Shown: in pieces, positions 59,828 to 64,000 of the stretch
How positions within the stretch are numbered: the stretch's first letter is position 1
Layout of the letters: the number at the start of each line of letters is the position of its first letter
Assembly: GCA_014905635.1 (NCBI GenBank)
Contig: CM026547.1
Coordinates: forward strand, 1,860,001-1,924,000
Direction of reading: 5' to 3'
Source: Scenedesmus sp. PABB004
Lineage: Eukaryota
DNA: 64,000 nt
The notes under the pieces: generated by a model
Told to the model about the DNA's origin: nothing
The model's input: only the letters and a program-made list of their open reading frames with translations
Databases searched by the model: none
Program-made: the position numbers and the translations under genes

Positions 59828-61871
59828 TCATTCCCCCAGCCCCGACCCCCTGACCACCCAGTACACATTCTGCGCGACTGCGCGGGCGCCGCGGCAGGCG
59901 GCGGGGCCTCGGTCCACGCGCGCACGCGGCGACGCGCAGCACAGCGCGGCGGCGGCGGCGGCGCGGGCGCGCGCAGGCGGCCCCGGCCCGCGGGCGCGGG
60001 CGCGGCGGCGGCGGCGGCGCGGGCTCACTCTGGCAGACGTTGATGAGGTAGGGGTAGCTGCCCACCGCCATGCGCGCAATCTGCTCGTGGTCAAACCTGC
60101 GGCGCGGCGCGGCGCGGGGTCGGCGCGCGGCGGGCGCCGGCCGGCCCCTCGCGCCGCGCCGCCGCGCGCACTGCTGGCCCCGCGCACGCCGGCCCCCCGC
60201 GCTCTCGCTCACATGTTTATGACTGGGAACGTGAGCTCGTGGCTGAGCTGGGACATGCGGTTGAAGAGGCCCTCCATGCGGGCCAGCAGGCCGAGCACCG
60301 CCTCGGCCGCCTCCAGCCCGAGCACGCCCACGACGCCGAGGTCCTGCCACGGCTGCACGTGGCCCGGCTCCGAGCTCGCGGGCTCGGGCGAGGCGCTGGC
60401 GCCGGGCCCGCTGCTGACGCCCGGGCTGCCCGGCGTGCCGCGCCCGCTGCTGCTCGGCGCGCCGCCGCTGCTGGGGACCTCGGCGCCGGCCAGCACGTCA
60501 CGCACCTGCTGCGCGAGCGCCTGCGTCTCCTCGTAAAGCGGCTTGATCTGCGGCGGCGGGCCGGCAGCGGCGCGGCTCTCTGGGCCGCGCGGGGCAGGGC
60601 CCCCACGCCGCGCCGCCCGCGGGCGCTGCTGGCGCTGCTAGCGGCTGCGGCGCCGCCGGCGCGCCTTGGCGGCGTAGCGCTCGTAGGCGACGCTGACCTC
60701 GTCCATCTGCTCGCCCCGCAGCGCCATGCCCTCCATCACGCCCCGCCAGTACCGCGGCGGCACGGTCGCGGGCTGGCCCGTGTCTGCGGCGGCGGGGTCA
60801 GGGGGCGTGTGGGCCAGGGCCGAGGCCGGACGGCTGGGCGCGCGGGCGGCGTGCGGGCGCCGGGCGTGCAGGCGGCGGCGCGCAGGCGGCGGCGGCGCGC
60901 GCACCAATGTTGTAGTTGCAGAGCCGCTGTATGGACTTGAACGACACCATGCTCAGCAGCATGATCGCGCGAAGGTACGCGTCCACCACCTCGGCGAGGC
61001 TGCTGCCAGCGGCCGCCGGCGCCGCCGCGCCGCCCGCCGCGCTGCCCCCCGCGCCGCCCGCCGCGCTGCCTGCCGCGCCGCCCGCCGCGCCGCCCACCGC
61101 CGCGGCCGCCGCCGGCGCGGCCCCCGGCGGCGCGGCGCGCTGCAGGTGTGCGCTCATGGCGAGGGTGAGGTCTCTGAACGTCGCCATGTGCGCGGCGGGC
61201 GTCGCGGCGCGCACGGCGCTGACCTCCTCGCGCGTGATGCCGCCGAGGACGCGGCCCGTGTACGACTCGCCGCCCCCCGGCGCGCCGTGCGCGCCCACGC
61301 CGTTGAGCAGGCCGTAGACGGCGAGATCCTGCGAGAGGACCTCGACGAGCTCGCGGCACGGCCCGCCGCCCTGCGCCAGCTCCAGCTCTGCGGCGGCGGC
61401 CATCGCCGAAAAGTGGAGGTTCTCGCCGAGCGTCGACACGCAGCGGAACAGCACCTCCTCGCGCCTGCGCGGCAGCAGGTGGAGGAGGGGCGACGGTGAG
61501 CGGCGGGCAGCAGGTGGAGGAGGGGCGGCGGTGAGCGGCGGGCAGCAGGTGGAGGAGGGGCGGCGGTGAGCGGCGGGCCGCGGCCGCCACGGAGAGCAGC
61601 AGCGGCGTCACTGGCCGCAGCCAGTGACGCCGCCGCCGGGCCTGGCCCCGGCGCGCCAGCGGTCCAGCATGGCCAGGCGGTGCGGCCAGCGCGCTGGGAG
61701 CGGCCGGAGGAGGCCGGCGTGCGCGGGCGGCGGCGGCGCATTCCCGCACTTGCGCAAGGAGCCATTTCGCGAGCGCAGCTGGTTCAGCAGCTGTTGCTGA
61801 GCGTCGAGCTGTGCGTTCAGCTCGTGGATTTTGCGGGGGTAGTAGCGCTTGATGGCCCGGGTGGGCGGCAT
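59828..61871 (-). CDS. Hypothetical protein with N-terminal basic/coiled-coil (bZIP-like) segment
   Basis: MPPTRAIKRYYPRKIHELNAQLDAQQQLLNQLRSRNGSLRK heptads; spliceable exons through FDHEQIARMAVGSYPYLINVCQ|IAQNVYWVVRGSGLGE stop. Confidence 0.6.
61471..61577. repeat. 35-bp tandem repeat (3 copies) at the 3' end of a minus-strand intron
   Basis: ggcagcaggtggaggaggggcg(a/g)cggtgagcggcg units at 61471, 61506 and 61541. Confidence 0.9.
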
Positions 61872-62105
61872 CGCCGCCGCTACAGCGTTCAGCGCTTGCC
61901 GCGCGCGCGGCGCCCCCTTTTCAGGGTCCCCAGGGTGTGTACAGGCGGCCCAGGCCACAGCACGCTGCGGGCTTTCGCGCGGCCGTGGCGGCGGCCAGGG
62001 TTTGCAGCGGCCGACACCCGTCGCGCGCCGCGACGTCCCGGCCCACTCAGCGGCCGGCACAACGCGGCCCCCTCCCCTGCCCTCTTTGCTCCCCATGCTC
62101 CCTGT

Positions 62106-62900
62106 TCAAAACGTGGACGAGTTCCAGCCAAAGTCCGACCGCGCAACGTCCACAAACTGCGGCGGCCGCGGCCCGCGCGCGCGCGTCATCCAGGCCACAC
62201 GCCGCGCGCCGGCCCGGCGCGCCGCGCGCACCTTGATGTACACTCGGCTGGGGTCGACCTTGAGCTTGCTCTTCAGCACGTCGCAGATTGCCGCCGAAAT
62301 CTGCGCCCCGCGTGGGCGCCGGCTCGGGGCACGCGCGCGGCCGCGCCGCCGCGCCGCCGCGCCGCCCAGCGCGCGCCTGCTTGTTCTTGTCGCCGCCGAT
62401 GGCGCCGATGCTGATGAGCTCAGCGTACGCACACGGCGCCTCGTTTCCGGAGTAGCACATGGGCTTGTCCGTGGTGAGGCTGACCATCACCCACTGCTCC
62501 GGCTTGCCCACCGCCGCCGCGACCGCCTGGCGCGGGCGGCGCCGGCGGCGGGGGGCAGCCGTGAGCAGGGCGCCCGATCCCGCACGCTGGGCGCCGCGCC
62601 GACGCACGCACGCGCATACCGCTGCCCGCGTGCGTCGGCGCGGCGCCCAGCTCTGACGGGACGGCCGCCCCCCGCGGCCGCACCTGACTCAGCGCCTTCA
62701 GGCCGTCACTGGCGTCCACTCCATTGCCCGGGACTGCGATGCCGCGTCCGGGTGGAGCGCCGGGTGCGGCGCGCAGCAGCGGCCGCTGGCAGCGGCACCG
62801 CCGCCCGCGGCCGCGAGCCTGGGCCTGCAGATGGGCGCGTTGCGGTATCACAGCGGTTGCAGCGCCGCGCACCGTTGGTGATGACGTTCAGCGTGGGCAT
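62106..62900 (-). CDS. MIF: Macrophage migration inhibitory factor / D-dopachrome tautomerase-like protein (5 exons)
   Basis: MPTLNVITN with catalytic Pro1; GKPEQWVMV; ELISIGAIG; SRVYIK|FVDVARSDFGWNSSTF. Confidence 0.93.
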
Positions 62901-63414
62901 GGCGGCGACGGCCGGCTGCTGCAGATGCGCTGCGTGCGCGTGCGGGCTTGAGGCGCGTGATGGGCTGCGGCGGAGAGCGGCCGGCAGCAGCTTTGGGCAG
63001 CGCGGTCACACCGAACCAGCGGCGACGCGACCGTGCGCTTGGGCGCGCGCTCGCACAACCGCGGCGGCGCCGCCCGCCGTGTCAATCGAGCCGGTTCAGT
63101 CGCGGACAAAGAAGGAAAACGGATCACGCGCGCGGCCCACGCCCCAGGCCACACAAGGAGCCACGCCGACGCGCGGCGCTCGACCAACACAGGCGCAACT
63201 CGCTGGCACGCTAAGTGTGGGCGCGGCCGGCGGCCCCGCGCGAGGCGGGCGCCTGCGCCGGCGTGCGTTGGGCGGGACCGGCGCGGCGCCAAAGCCCCCC
63301 TCCTCCCGCCCCCCTCGCCGTCCCCGACGACAACGGACTCAACGCCCCGCCACGCCGCCGCGCGGCGGCGCGGCGGCCCACGCGCGGCGGCCCACGCGCC
63401 GCGCGGCGCGCCGC

Positions 63415-64000
63415 TCAGAGCTTGCTGGGCGCGGGCGGGAGGCCGACGTAGGAGACGAGGACGGTGATGTCGTCCATCTTGCCGCCCAGGTAGACGTAGC
63501 CCGCCTGGATGGCCGCGTAGCTGAACGGCGAGTGGTACTTGGCGTCGGACGCGCGCATGCGCGCATACCTGGCGCGCGCGCACGGGCGCGGCGCGGCGCG
63601 GCACGCGTGAGCGCGCAGCGCGTGGCTGCTGCGGCCGCCGCGGCGGCGGGCGGCCGCGCACCTGCAGAGCACTTGCGCGGCGGTCGTCGCGGTCTCGCCC
63701 TTGTCGCGGCACTTGCTCGCGATGGTCGCCGCCTCCTCGGCAAAGATGTTGTCCCACAGGCCGTCGCTGCCGGTGACGATGATGTCGCCCGGCTGCAGCG
63801 CCAGGTCAAAGCGCTGCGGCACGGGCGGCGGCGGCGGCGGCGGCGCGGCGTCGGCAGCGTCGGCGCGGCGCCCCGCCGGCCGCCGGCAGCGCGCTGTGGC
63901 GCCGCCGCGCGCGCTGCTGCGCCCGCGCCGGCGCCCGCTGCGCGCGCCGCACCATGGCGGCCTGCGGCTGGTCGCTCATCGAGTCTGCGGAGCCGAGCTG
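63415..64000 (-). CDS. PP2C phosphatase, PTC7/clade K type (3' part; gene continues beyond the window)
   Basis: GDIIVTGSDGLWDN, SPFSYAA and GGKMDDITVLVS motifs. Confidence 0.88.

Noticed and set aside
1..64000. Hundreds of long overlapping Arg/Ala/Pro/Gly-rich ORFs on both strands
   Set aside because: Expected from the scarcity of stop codons at very high GC; recognisable protein is confined to spliced exons in single frames.

Overview
Gene-dense, extremely GC-rich eukaryotic nuclear DNA with many short spliceosomal introns. It is most consistent with a chlorophyte green alga, probably Sphaeropleales (inferred from gene content, intron style and TTTAGGG-type telomeric units). About 15 protein-coding genes were read by stitching exons across frames: F-box/LRR, IFT139/TTC21B, ACT-repeat (ACR), UBP26/USP48, a hypothetical ORF, PPR-SmR-cyclin, Sec24, an SDR, a secreted FN3 protein, a PP2A-B''-like EF-hand protein, DEG8, a GYF/polyQ/GW-repeat protein, LIG6-type nuclease-ligase, a hypothetical coiled-coil protein, MIF and a partial PTC7-type PP2C. 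Four observations stand out. (1) There are three unrelated, near-identical long inverted-repeat pairs (about 500, 516 and 288 bp arms). Two of them look like staggered-break single-gene inversions, and one of these carries a correctly polarised telomere-repeat seed plus templated filler at its junction. (2) One large protein combines a GYF domain, polyQ, a YVPPxLR motif, a PPGF motif and a GW/WG-rich repeat platform, making it a candidate Argonaute/translational-repression scaffold. (3) GC-AG introns are unusually frequent, with at least 16 seen. (4) Introns often have G-rich 5' halves and C-rich 3' halves. Exon boundaries were read by eye, and several apparent frameshifts are probably assembly errors.
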